A DNA stretch of 61,239 bases, the filler included, from Platydemus manokwari (lineage: Eukaryota), in assembly GCA_037951405.1 (NCBI GenBank). It is 5 parts of 5 records of this genome, joined end to end, with 100 filler letters (N's around TTAATTAATTAA, not from the genome) between each part and the next. Parts side by side here need not be neighbours in the genome. Positions count along the whole stretch, not along the records: positions 10,274 to 21,057 come from JBBMOY011105775.1; positions 21,158 to 34,978 come from JBBMOY011608074.1; 3 more parts are not named here. One strand, written 5' to 3'. Under the pieces are notes generated by a model. The model saw only the letters and a program-made list of their open reading frames with translations. It was not told the DNA's origin and ran no database searches. Positions 10,633 through 22,289 of the stretch are shown piece after piece. How positions within the stretch are numbered: the stretch's first letter is position 1; each line of letters opens with the position of its first letter. A program made the translations under genes and the position numbers.

Positions 10633-13083
10633 ATGATTGTGATTATTATTTATTTATTCTTATTTACATTGTTGATGATTAGTTTCGTGTATTTATCAGC
10701 ATTATTATTTTTTCTCATTTGTCCTTTCATATGTTCATCATCGAAGTTAACATCTTTTCCGAGTTATTTCGATGTGTCTTTTGGAAAATGTGATGGAATG
10801 TTTTTATTAGAATATGGTCGAATCAAGTTCAATAAAACATCCGAATTGTTTATCCAAGAAATCGTTAATTCGTCAAGTATCCAATGCCAATGGGTTTGTA
10901 GTCGAGAACTGGAAAATTGTCGAATGATTGAATATATTGGTTTGAATTGTCGATTGTATAAATCAGATTCCATTGAAATTAGTGGACCGGATTTAGTGGA
11001 CCTTTGGAAATGCCCGAAACCGGTTTGTGTTACGTTTCCCAAAAGATGCCCAGCATATTGGGTTGGTTATGACAAATATAAATCAATTAATGATCGTCTA
11101 ATTCCAGTTAATAGAATCGATAATACAACTAAATTCGAATGCCAAACATTGTGTGAAAGAAATATCAATTGTGGTTCGTTTACATTTTATTGTTTCGACA
11201 GTAACAGGTGTTCGTATTCCTTAGGCGTTTGTACTTTATATTTTGGTTATCTGAAACCGATCACGGAGAAGCTTGATTCGCAAATTTATAATGATAGTAT
11301 GACTCTCAGATGTTGTGATAATGATGAAGTATATTATAAACAACAACAAATGACGAGAATAATGGGGAAAAAATACGAGAACGTCACGGGTCAATGGAAT
11401 GTCGTCAAATTTAAAAATAAATACCATTATAATTTATCGATATTCCAAAATATTGTTGCAACGAAACTTATATGTCTTGATTACAAGGAATGTATTGAAA
11501 CTTGTTCAAAAGAGCCATTCTGTTTGACACCTATTTTCGTGAATGGTCAGATTCCAATTTGTTATTTGCATTTGGACCAAGCCATTGGAAATTTTAAAGA
11601 GTCTTCATCCATTATCGATGACATTAACAATACAGACTCTGTGATCTGGGAATGGAGAACCAATCAGAATCATAAAAACAACACTCATCAAACGTCAATG
11701 TTTGGATCATGTATATGTTTTCAAAAAGGTCGTAAATTATTCATTCAAAAATCCTGTAATTCAAAATATACAGACATTGTAGTTAGTTCAACATTAAATC
11801 TATATTTGAAAGGTTTTTTAAACGATCATGCAAGAAAAAATCAAATATTTAGTATGAGTGATGGTCACAATATGTATACAATTCGAGTCGATAATATTTT
11901 TAAAGAAGAAATCTGTGAATTTGAAAACTGTGATAAATATAGTGAGAAAATCTACAACAACGACATTCAGCAATTTGTGAACCGCACTGAATGGCTGGCA
12001 GTCAAACCTAAAGAAGAAAACCCACATAAGTTACCTGCAGATATGTTAATAATTTTGAATACATACAGACCAAATGGTCGATGCTTTTCCCGCTCCCTGT
12101 GTTCAGCATACGTTAGAGATTTTCAAAATACTCACTTTAACAAAAAATTCTCTGACATTGCTTATAATTTTCTAATAGGAGAAGATGGAAGGATCTATAT
12201 AGGTCGAGGTTGGCATCTTATCGGAGCGCATACTCGCGGTTACAATTTCAAAAGCATCGGTGTGGCTTTTATAGGTTGGTTTAAATTTGTTGAACCTAAT
12301 AGTAAAGCTTTGATTGCTCTTCGAAATCTGATACAGTTAGGAATTAAAAATAATTATTTGAAATCCAATTTTAAACTTACTACTAATAGAGCTTTAAGGA
12401 GCAGTGATACACCGGGTGAGAAGCTTTATCGTATTATAGGAAGTTGGTCTTTTATGAATCTAACAGAATATACAAGCTGCAATAGAATAGATGATGGCTT
12501 CAATTTTGCACTTTTGATAATTCCTATCGTTTTGGTATTATTTCTCCTTATTGGTATCTCATATGCATTTCAGAAAACCTTTCATTTTCACAAACCCTGT
12601 CAAAAATTGAAAAAGTACCTAACATCCAAAGAAAATAAGTTCAAATATTATAACATGAATATATATAAAATGGAAACAGAGAAAGTCAATATGAGTAAAG
12701 ATTGGATTTATTTTTGTCAGGAAATGTCTGGTAATAAGCTCACACAATGCAACTGTTTTGAATATATTCGTGGATTATGGATGTTTTGTTATATTAAACC
12801 GGAAATCAATTTCATGAACAGGCTACATGATTTGTTTCACACATTAAATTGCTCTTATATTATCAATATTTATGTAGAGAAATCAAAATCCTTAAGCGAT
12901 TCAAAATCTATTGTGCTCTTTCACATGAAATGTAACAATCCATTGTTAGATAATTCGATTCTAACAGAACTCTCGCTAGATAAATTTTGCTTATGTAAAC
13001 GATTTTTAACAAAGAAAATCCCTCAAACAAGTCATGGAAAAATGGAGAAATTCATAAACAATATTTTGCAAGAATCTTCATAA
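10633..13083 (+). CDS. Intronless type-I membrane protein: signal peptide, 3 PAN/apple-like domains, non-catalytic PGRP (amidase_2) domain, TM helix, ~170-aa cytoplasmic domain
   Basis: Open 2.45-kb ORF (ATG 10633 or 10675). PAN Cys patterns are CQWVC..NCRMIEY..CRLY, CQTLC..CGSFTF..CTLY and CIETC..FC..CYLH. PGRP motifs are FVNRTEW, FSDIAYNFLIGEDGRIYIGRGW, GAHTRGYNFKSIGVAFIG and TPGEKLY. TM FALLIIPIVLVLFLLIGISYAF lies at ~12505-12570. Confidence 0.9.
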   Translation: MIVIIIYLFLFTLLMISFVYLSALLFFLICPFICSSSKLTSFPSYFDVSFGKCDGMFLLEYGRIKFNKTSELFIQEIVNSSSIQCQWVCSRELENCRMIEYIGLNCRLYKSDSIEISGPDLVDLWKCPKPVCVTFPKRCPAYWVGYDKYKSINDRLIPVNRIDNTTKFECQTLCERNINCGSFTFYCFDSNRCSYSLGVCTLYFGYLKPITEKLDSQIYNDSMTLRCCDNDEVYYKQQQMTRIMGKKYENVTGQWNVVKFKNKYHYNLSIFQNIVATKLICLDYKECIETCSKEPFCLTPIFVNGQIPICYLHLDQAIGNFKESSSIIDDINNTDSVIWEWRTNQNHKNNTHQTSMFGSCICFQKGRKLFIQKSCNSKYTDIVVSSTLNLYLKGFLNDHARKNQIFSMSDGHNMYTIRVDNIFKEEICEFENCDKYSEKIYNNDIQQFVNRTEWLAVKPKEENPHKLPADMLIILNTYRPNGRCFSRSLCSAYVRDFQNTHFNKKFSDIAYNFLIGEDGRIYIGRGWHLIGAHTRGYNFKSIGVAFIGWFKFVEPNSKALIALRNLIQLGIKNNYLKSNFKLTTNRALRSSDTPGEKLYRIIGSWSFMNLTEYTSCNRIDDGFNFALLIIPIVLVLFLLIGISYAFQKTFHFHKPCQKLKKYLTSKENKFKYYNMNIYKMETEKVNMSKDWIYFCQEMSGNKLTQCNCFEYIRGLWMFCYIKPEINFMNRLHDLFHTLNCSYIINIYVEKSKSLSDSKSIVLFHMKCNNPLLDNSILTELSLDKFCLCKRFLTKKIPQTSHGKMEKFINNILQESS

Positions 13084-13899
13084 AGATTTCCCGGTCATCT
13101 TCAAAAAACAGAAGTCACTTTAAATATTATATATTGGTCTTTATTTATGATATTTATTATGTTGCTTATTTAGAGTTGATCGTTCATATTGTCTGCACTG
13201 GTGGTTTATATTTCGATACAGTGTGTTAAAAATGTGATAATTAATTGGTGGAAAGCAATGAATTATTTTTGAAGGATTTTGAGTTATTAATTTCGGGTTG
13301 TTTAAACAAATCCGTTTTACATTTCAGAATTTACTTTTTTCAAATAGAAGAAATAATTTTAATAAAATAACCGGATTGAGATAAGACAAGAAGTTTTTTG
13401 ACTTAATTTCATTTTAATGAATTTTAAGTATGGTTTTCTTAAATCTTATTTTAAAATTTAATTTTATAACCAAAAATAATTTTAATGAAAAATAAAATGT
13501 ATAAATGATTGATACGGCCTTTAGCAACTTCAGTTAAATATAAATTGTTACATAAAATGTTAAATTTATCTTTATCTTGTTATTATTACCTCTAGATTTG
13601 TTACATTTCGATTTTGGACTGGAAATCGTGACAACTACAAACTATTTATATTAATAAATGCTTTTAAAAATGTTTGGTTTAAATTTTATATTTTTTTACC
13701 ATTTTATAATGGTATAAAGATTAAGGATATCGAATAAAGCTCAAGCAGAATTGTTAAACTATTTCCTGTTCTAATAACAACACTGCTTACATTTGTAACG
13801 TTGTCACTCATGTAATTATTTGCATTTACAAGAAATAAACAAAATATTTATATTGCAAAAACTATAATTATATCACAAAATAAACAACACGGATAGAAG

Positions 13900-14326
13900 C
13901 CAAGGTTGTTCAAGAAACAATCGAGAAATTAAGAGAAGCTGACCATAGAAAGCAAAATTTCACTGGGTGACGACTCTTTAAATACTTGTCAAATATCTGC
14001 ATAGAGGTTTATCTCAGTATTTTTCCGGTTTTAGTATTTTCGATTCCAGCATCTTATACTTGTACCGAAAGTTGCGAAAAAGTCTTCTGAGATTTGCTTG
14101 TGTTTCAATTTTGTGATATACCTCCAAAATAACATCAACATTATTGTAAAATCATTAAAAAATATAAATTTCACGATCGGGATTTTATGAATCGGAAGAT
14201 AGATAAAAATATTGATAGATATAAATAAAAACTTCAAAGAAGAAACTGTTGACAAAAATAAACTATAAATAATCTAAGATAGTGCACTTTTATTTTCAAA
14301 TTTCGGATTTTGTTAAGGGCCTAGTA
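13900..14326 (+). mobile_element. Possible decayed Tc1-like transposon fragment
   Basis: Faint echoes of Tc1 motifs (KIFTGDDSL ~ KILWSDES; IFDSS ~ IFQQDN) and a TIR-like end ttttgttaagggcctagta. Confidence 0.25.
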
Positions 14327-14488
14327 ATATGGATTATTGTGATTACTTTACAAAATAAATTTTTAATAAGTAATAAGTTAGAATTTATAAAATCTATCGT
14401 TTAAGAAATAAAATTTTTGGGTGAACTTCTTGAATTCGTATTCAATACAAAACTATATTGAAATAGCATAGACTAATAATGATTATTA

Positions 14489-15100
14489 TATTAGATTCTT
14501 GCATAAAATCCCGGCGTTACATGAAACTATTTGTTCTACAAAAGCTTTTTGATGTTTGGCGAAATATTATATATCATTCGGAAGCCCGTGCTATGATCTA
14601 CAGGAATAAAGTTATCGTTTTTACCTATATCATTTTTTGTATTTCTTTAGAACCGTCAAATGAATTGTCAAGTCTACATAAAATAGCATTTTCAGCACCT
14701 ACTTCTTTTTGCCTTTAATCGAAACTACCACAGATATTTTGCCTTGCATGGAGAGGACGCTATAGCTGACAGAACTGTTCGGGATTTGTTTACCATGTTC
14801 AAAAACGTTAAGTTCGACCTCAACGACGCTCTTCGTTCCGGAAGACCAGTCGAGATGTACGAGAACCAAGTCGTGGATATTTTGAAGGAAAATTCTCACC
14901 ACGGATGTAGAGAATTTGGCGAAAAGATGAATTGAGATTTTTCTTCAATTTTAACTTCAGTCGATGGATTTCACTCAAAAGCTTGGAGTTTGGATCCCGC
15001 ACGAATTCACCCAAAAACAGAAGAATAAACGGTTAAAATTCCTTGATTTCTTTTAAAATAAATGTTTAAAAAACGCGGGAACTAATTCAACAACTCAATA
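14489..15100 (+). mobile_element. Internally deleted mariner element
   Basis: HTH GEDAIADRTVRDLFTMFKNVKFDLNDALRSGRP, and LGVWIPHEF (WVPHEL motif) at ~14983-15009. Diverged TIRs tattagattcttgcataaaatcccggcgtt and aacgcgggaactaattcaacaactcaata. No DD34D domain. Confidence 0.85.
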
Positions 15101-17597
15101 GATATTTAATTATCATTATTATTATAAATTATTAATAATTATTATTATAAATTATTAATAATTATTATAAATAAATATAGATTTATCTACAAATTTTGTT
15201 GACACAAACTAATGAGAATAATCTTATATAATTTAGATTAAAATTAATTTCCTCATATTATATTTTAAATATTTATAAAATCGATATCAATTTTCTAAAT
15301 GGTGTTAGAAAAGTTATCAAAAGTACCAACCTACTTTTGACAGTTTAAGTTCCTAGCTATATTAGCATTTGATCACACTGGTTATGGATAGATTTTAGAT
15401 AACCAAACTTGCTGGGTTTTATGTAGCTTTTATCAATAAATTTACCATTGTAGAAACTGATAAATGCACTTGTTGCAGTTTAACCCAACAGGCGAGTTCT
15501 TTGAAATTTTGATAACCAAAATATGTAAGCAATGTATCATACACGACCTCAAATCAATCAGACAACTTCACCTTAACTTAAAATTTTAAATTAAGTAAAA
15601 TAAAAGTAATAAATACTATAAATTACCTTCCTAGTCAAGAACTTCAAAAGGCTTTATTTTTATTTATATGAAAATATCAGAGATAGCAGTATAATCACAA
15701 ATTAGATGATCTACATTTGGTTCTTCAATTGTGGTAGGTTTATGATTGTCGCACTATACAAGACTTTGGTGTAAGGAAAAAATGAGGATTCTACATTCAA
15801 TGTGAGGCTTTTATTTTGAAATTTAAATCACTTATGAATTTAGATACTGTACAAATCGAATTGGAATTTGAGATTATCGTGTTTAAGGGTTTGGATATTA
15901 TTTTAGGTTTTTAGTATTATGCTAAAATTATTTAACGTTTTACCGAGTTTATCAATGAATTATATGGTTTTTCACTAATTCAGACTTTATTTTGGACTAT
16001 GGTGTGACCGTTTCAAAAATTGATACTGTTGATACCTTATTTTAGTACTTTAAACATATGCATACCTACACGACCATACAGGCGTAACAACCAGCCAACT
16101 ATAGCGGAGTTAGTTGATAAACAACAATTGGAAAAAGTGCGTTGGCCACACAACAACAAACACATAGGGATAGACTTATCCCATTCATACAGAAACTAAT
16201 AAGTCCAATAGGAACATAGAAAAGCAAATATAGAATCAAAATATGATACAAAAATTACAAGCAGACCTCGAATATAAAAATCGATGTAAAGATGACCAAT
16301 TGCCAGTTGGAAGCCAGGTTCTCTTTATGTTCTATATCAAAAACTTTACTTTTGTACTTTGTGATCTGATATCATGCAGTTGATTTGAATATTGAGTATC
16401 TACTTTATTATTCATTAGAGCTGTAGATGTCATTTAATTATAGAATCAAACATCGGTTTGCATCAGAGTTATAAACTAGAAACTACATTATGATATTAGA
16501 TATCTCTGGATTACATTTCGAGTTGCACTATGTTGAAAGTTTTTGAAACTGGTTAAATGTCGTAGCGCTTGAATTTCGTGTCTATAAAGCTTTGTATATA
16601 ATTAAGATGTCGGTTGGATAATCTCTAGAATGAAAGATAAATACTTTTCATTTCCGTGCACTCCCGACACAGTGTGACGTTGAAACTTCTATTGAAACTT
16701 TCCTTTCACTGCCAATTACCTTCACAATATAAACACCAATAAATAACACATTTTTTATGATTTCTAATGGCAACCGATCCGATTTGTTGCGATATTTATA
16801 ATCAATAGTTTCTATGTGATGCACGTGGTTAACTTCTGTTCGGTATTTCGAATTCCGATTGTGTGTGTGTTATGTGTGGCCACGTATTTTGTCAATTTAA
16901 AATTTTCGATTTACACTGATTCTGATTGATAGTTCGCATATCTGTATTCCTGCAGCCATGCGAAATATGGAAACAGAATTTCCAAAGTGTCAAATTTTCC
17001 TATTAAATATACGATGTTTATATACTCGAAATTTTTTCAAATGAAAGGGAACGGTCAGTAATCACATTAGTACTTAGAGAAACGAAATTCATGCTGGACA
17101 TTGGCTAAGAAGGTCAGTTAAGTATATTTTGAGAGAATGCTTTCCAATATTTTGCAGTTGCTCTTTAATTGATAATCTGGTTTCTCCTAGCTGGGAACTT
17201 TTTTGGTAATTCCACTGGTGGTAGTTACCTTATAAATTTCAAAATTGATTATGACATCTTTTTCCTCAAAAGAAAAGTCATAATCTAATATAGTCACGAA
17301 ATATCTCTTTGATGTTTAACCGATAATGTATTGAATATTTATCTGGTTAAGATTATATTAAAAATTGTTACATTTATTTTAAAGCATTGATCTGGAATAA
17401 AATTATAATATTGGAAACATAAAAATATTGCTAGATCGTTCTGAAAACTCTATTTGCGATAACTTAGATCAGTACTTTAAATTTTGAGAAAAATTATGTG
17501 CATAAAAGTAGAATTAATTTGAGAATTCAGTCCACGTTTATTTTTAAAATAAATTTATTCAATGAATCATTATTTATACAAATGTAATTGATCGATA

Positions 17598-18773
17598 ATG
17601 GCGGACATAAATCTGAAACCGATGTTTTTACGTGAAAATGATAGTGGACTGAAGGAAAATGATTCATTTACCAATTCTTCAACTCGACATCCCGTGATTA
17701 ATAAGATCCTGACGACTCTCGATTCCGAACCTTCTTTGGATGATTCCGATGTTTTTAAGTTGGATATTGATAAAATTATTCAAGATCTTCTAGGCAATGT
17801 TAATACTGATGACAAAGCACCATTGTCGTTGAATGAAATGCAAGCATTAGCAATTGTGGCCAGAGAACAATTCAAAAGCGAAAATTTCGTCTTAGAAATT
17901 AGTTCACCAGTTCGCATTTGTGGCGATATTCACGGTCAATTTGATGACTTGATTAGAATCTTCAAATTGGCTGGATTTCCACCAGAAAAAAAGTATTTGT
18001 TTCTCGGAGATTATGTTGATAGGGGTAAGAAAAGTTTGGAATGTATATGCTTGTTATTGGCATATAAAATCAAGTATCCTGATCGGGTATTTTTATTGAG
18101 AGGTAATCACGAATCAGAACCAGTTTCAAGAATTTATGGATTTCGAGAAGAGATAATTGAAAGATTCAGAACTTCAAAATTGTGGTGGACATTTTTAAGG
18201 ACATTCAATTTTCTACCAATAGCAGCCATCGTCGCAAATAGTATTTTCTGCTGTCATGGCGGTCTGTCACCAGAATTTATGAAACCGAAATTCCTTAGTC
18301 TAACTAAAGACCTCAATAAAATTCAAAGGCCTTTAGAAGTACCTATTAAAGGATTGATATGTGATCTTCTGTGGGCAGATCCTCTCGATCAAGTTGGCAC
18401 TTCTATTCCTATTGGTTTTCTTCCTAACGAAAGAGGTTGTAGTTGGTCATTTGGTTTCGATGTCATTGAGAGTTTTTTGGAAAAATTTGATCTGGATTTG
18501 ATCGTTCGAGCTCATCAAGTTGTCGAAGATGGGTATGAATTTTATGCCCATAGGAAATTGATTACAATTTTTTCAGCACCAAATTATTGTGGTGAATTTG
18601 ACAATGCTGGCGCGATATTTTGTTTGGATAACAATTTTACTGATGATAAGACTCCAATTGTCGATGGGGGATTTTTGATATTGAAACCACTCGTCCAAAG
18701 ACCACAACGAATGTGGTTGAAATCGATTGGTGGTGGCATAAGATCTATTAAAAAAAGTTTGAAGCTCAAATGA
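17598..18773 (+). CDS. Intronless PP1-like Ser/Thr protein phosphatase catalytic subunit (divergent paralog)
   Basis: [33 protein letters not shown] and the PP1-type [13 protein letters not shown]. Confidence 0.95.
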   Translation: MADINLKPMFLRENDSGLKENDSFTNSSTRHPVINKILTTLDSEPSLDDSDVFKLDIDKIIQDLLGNVNTDDKAPLSLNEMQALAIVAREQFKSENFVLEISSPVRICGDIHGQFDDLIRIFKLAGFPPEKKYLFLGDYVDRGKKSLECICLLLAYKIKYPDRVFLLRGNHESEPVSRIYGFREEIIERFRTSKLWWTFLRTFNFLPIAAIVANSIFCCHGGLSPEFMKPKFLSLTKDLNKIQRPLEVPIKGLICDLLWADPLDQVGTSIPIGFLPNERGCSWSFGFDVIESFLEKFDLDLIVRAHQVVEDGYEFYAHRKLITIFSAPNYCGEFDNAGAIFCLDNNFTDDKTPIVDGGFLILKPLVQRPQRMWLKSIGGGIRSIKKSLKLK

Positions 18774-19249
18774 AATCGAATAAATATTTTTCATTGAATA
18801 TTTTTATTTTTATAATTAATATTTCTTTTTATTGTGTATTTGTTTGATGTACATCATGATGAGTTTGATTTAAGATTAAAGAAAGTACATTTTTGAGTAT
18901 TGGTCTATATTTTTTAGAAATTCTAAAAAACAATTATTTATTTTTAAAGAAATTGAACTTGATTTAAGAATTGTTAGACATGAAATTTGTAGACAATTTT
19001 TCTTCTGGTATTAATATGTGATTCATATTATGTCGATATTTATCAATTTGTATGATGATGGTTGTGAGGAATACACCGATAAAGAACTTGATGGAATATA
19101 GATCAATAAAATACCACCATATCTTCTCAGACGTGTCATAGTTTTAAATTTCAGGGTAGACTTGCATATAAATGACATCCTAAAGCAAATAATATTCCTG
19201 GAAGACATCAAATATCACTTAACCAAAATTAATAAATGAATGAGAATCA

Positions 19250-19830
19250 TTAAAATTCAACAGCAATTAAAGACTCCATAATGCAACATAAAGCAGTCTA
19301 AGCTGTCTCAATTCCTGAAAGTATGCTCATTATCGTATGAGCCATTAGAATTTCATTCTAAACATGCACCCTTTTAATATCAAATATTCGAAACTCTACT
19401 CTTAAATGACACCACAGTTATACTAGTTTACTAATCCTTTTGGTTGAAGAATCTGATCAACAAATCATGGGCTAAACTCATATACCCAAGTAACAGATTT
19501 TTCTCTTTGTCTCATTGGGAGGTCATTATAACAATCTCATCATGCATTGCTCTTCAAATCTTTGACCTAACAGTATGTAAAGCAAATACTCCATCAATTC
19601 AGCTATTAGCACTCCACAAAGTAATGAAATCAGTCAATTTGATCTAAAAAATAAATGCCTTTAAATTTCAACCCAATATCCTTAATTTCAATCAATTCTA
19701 TCCTAATATCCAAAACTTTGACTTTATCCAGTAATTTCTTTTTCACAATAGAACATTAATCTAACTATGATTAATTCAGTTATTAACAATCCAATAGTCC
19801 TTTGGTTTTCAATGAGAATTTACAGTCCGA
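19250..19830 (-). mobile_element. Degenerate non-LTR (LINE) reverse transcriptase remnant
   Basis: Minus-strand fragments in RT order: IENQRTIGLL (~ENYRPIxLL), MHDEIVIM (~YADDIVL), CYLGI (~KYLG). Confidence 0.4.
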
Positions 19831-20386
19831 TATTTTAACTCAAGTTCCAACCTTAAAATGGATCATAGATGAGAGTGCAGTATTATTATTTTATAATTCA
19901 TAAAAAAATTTTCATCCAGATTAAATTTTTCTTACACATACGTGTAACGTTTCTATTTAAGGATACGCCAAATTTATACTTAAGTTATACCCAAAGAAAC
20001 AGCTTCTAAATCTATAATATTTTAAATTAAGTTAACATTTAAATTTCATACCTGCTTCAAAGATTCACAAATATTCACAAATAAATCATGAAATATGTAT
20101 TTATTTATCATTTTAAGAAGTAAAACTTGATATAAAATTATAATTTTTTTAAAAATTCAAATTGAAAATGTTTTATTTATTCAAATAACTAATAAAAACA
20201 TAAATAATGATATTAACCAAGATTTTTAGATTAACAAATTAATATTAGAGAAACTATCCAATTTTGAAATTTTATTTGTTTAAATCTAATAATTGATGTA
20301 TTTGTTTTTAAACATTATTTATATTTAACGAATAAGTAAAAATTATATCTATAAGTTTGTATTTTGATAGATTGTAGCGAATTCCA

Positions 20387-21004
20387 ATGAATCATCAAGT
20401 CCCACCATATAATCAAAATGTTCCGATATTAAGTCACACTGATTGGGCATCAATGGCTAAACAATGGGCAACTTTGAGAGCTAATGTGAATATACCACCA
20501 GCTGTAAATAAAATTGAGAATTACAATTATCACAACATTCCTCCACCTCCACCTCCACCACCATGTTTATCAATACAAAAGCCGAATACGATATACAATA
20601 ATGATTATCAGCCTATGATTAATCATGATCCCATGATGTCTTTTAATCGCAATCCTCCAAATTTGCATAATACTAATAATAATGTTTACGAATCTTCTAT
20701 GCACAGTCAATACAATGAAATTCCACCTTCAAATTTATCTCAATGTGAAACCTTTGACTACAATCATCGTGACCGGGCATTCGTTAATTACAATAATGTA
20801 AATAGTTATAGACCACCTCCTTCCACGACACCATTTGCACAAAATATCTTTAATTTGCCACCTCCAACACATCAAGATTATATCGACACACAACAAATGA
20901 AACCAAGCCCATATCTACCAGAAGTCCATCCACCAAAATTATTTCCTATTATTAATTCAGACGAATATAGTACAGTTAAAAGTCAACCCACCTACAGTAA
21001 ATAA
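20387..21004 (+). CDS. Proline-rich N-terminal part of a PNISR (SFRS18)-like splicing protein; remainder lost in gap
   Basis: DWASMAKQWATLR resembles the PNISR N-terminal DWAALAQAW motif, followed by Pro-rich low complexity. A gap begins at ~21058. Confidence 0.5.
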   Translation: MNHQVPPYNQNVPILSHTDWASMAKQWATLRANVNIPPAVNKIENYNYHNIPPPPPPPPCLSIQKPNTIYNNDYQPMINHDPMMSFNRNPPNLHNTNNNVYESSMHSQYNEIPPSNLSQCETFDYNHRDRAFVNYNNVNSYRPPPSTTPFAQNIFNLPPPTHQDYIDTQQMKPSPYLPEVHPPKLFPIINSDEYSTVKSQPTYSK

Positions 21005-22289
21005 AGAAACAAAACCAAACCCTCAAAGCAAAGAAATAGCATTTGGAACAAATCTAANNNNNNNNNNNNNNNNNNNNNNNNNNNNNNNNNNNNNNNNNNN
21101 NTTAATTAATTAANNNNNNNNNNNNNNNNNNNNNNNNNNNNNNNNNNNNNNNNNNNNAATACGTATTTAGTTAAATAATTGTAATGAAATGTTAACATGT
21201 TTAAATACGACATTACTTTCCGGTACCCCTAATAGAAACCATATATTTTTTGTTGGTGATATATCACAGCATAAATTTACAAATCAAGACATGGAAAGAC
21301 CATAAAGAAAATACAGGAATATGACACAGTGTCCAGTATTTCAGGACTGGTAATGTTGTAAGTTCAATCATTATTAAAATTCATTAAAGTCGAGGTGAGG
21401 GATTTCCCATCGCCTCGTGAAAAACAATGTACAATAAATCTTAGTTTTTTATATTTAATGGTTTGATTTAGTATAATATAGTGGGATAAATGGAAAATAT
21501 ATTTGGTTATGGAAAATAGAGCAAATAAATATAATATGAAAGGAAGTCAGATTATTAATTAAAGAAACGTGAGAAGTTGTTAATGAATTGTTATTAACAA
21601 TTACTCTTGTAGGGTGAAAGAATTAGCAGGCCGAAAAACAATTAAAATGCAAATATGTGAGCAGGTATTCCACAAAAAATCTGCAAGAGTAAAAGTACTC
21701 ACATTATTATTATTATTAATCAGCTTGTATAAATGAAAAGGAAAAAATTTTAACGCCACTAATTTCTCAAAAGTTTACTACAAAATTTAATAAACCTCTT
21801 ATATTTCGTCAATTGTTCTCATCGTTATAGCTTCCACTTCTTTTTGAATTATTTTTCCTAACCCATATCACGGTTAGGCAGGTGAAACAAAATCAAATTA
21901 TAACTGCTTTGTGATATTCTGAAATTTTATTGAATTTTTGAATACAAGTATTAAATTGAGTCTCTTTATTCTTTTAATTTTATCAAAGGTAAATTTCACC
22001 GATAATCATTTGTGTACACATTTGAATCTCTGAAAATACCTACCAATTCTTGAAAAGCGGAGAATTCTTCACATTATACACTCATTCCTATAAAGGTCAT
22101 CAAAAAAATTTAACAGGCTCTTCAGTAGAATATACTCAATGAGCACCATTCAAATAAATTTATAAAAAACAACATAGATTTTTAATATAAAATTTCTATT
22201 TATTAACACTGAAGCTATCTAAATGCTTGTCGATCTCAACCCACACTCACATCCAATATAAAAATCATTTGAATCAATCGAGTCAGCTT

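Noticed and set aside
16640-16965. GC-richer patch with CACGTG and (GT)n upstream of PP1
   Set aside because: No consistent exon chain or RNA structure found. A regulatory role cannot be supported.
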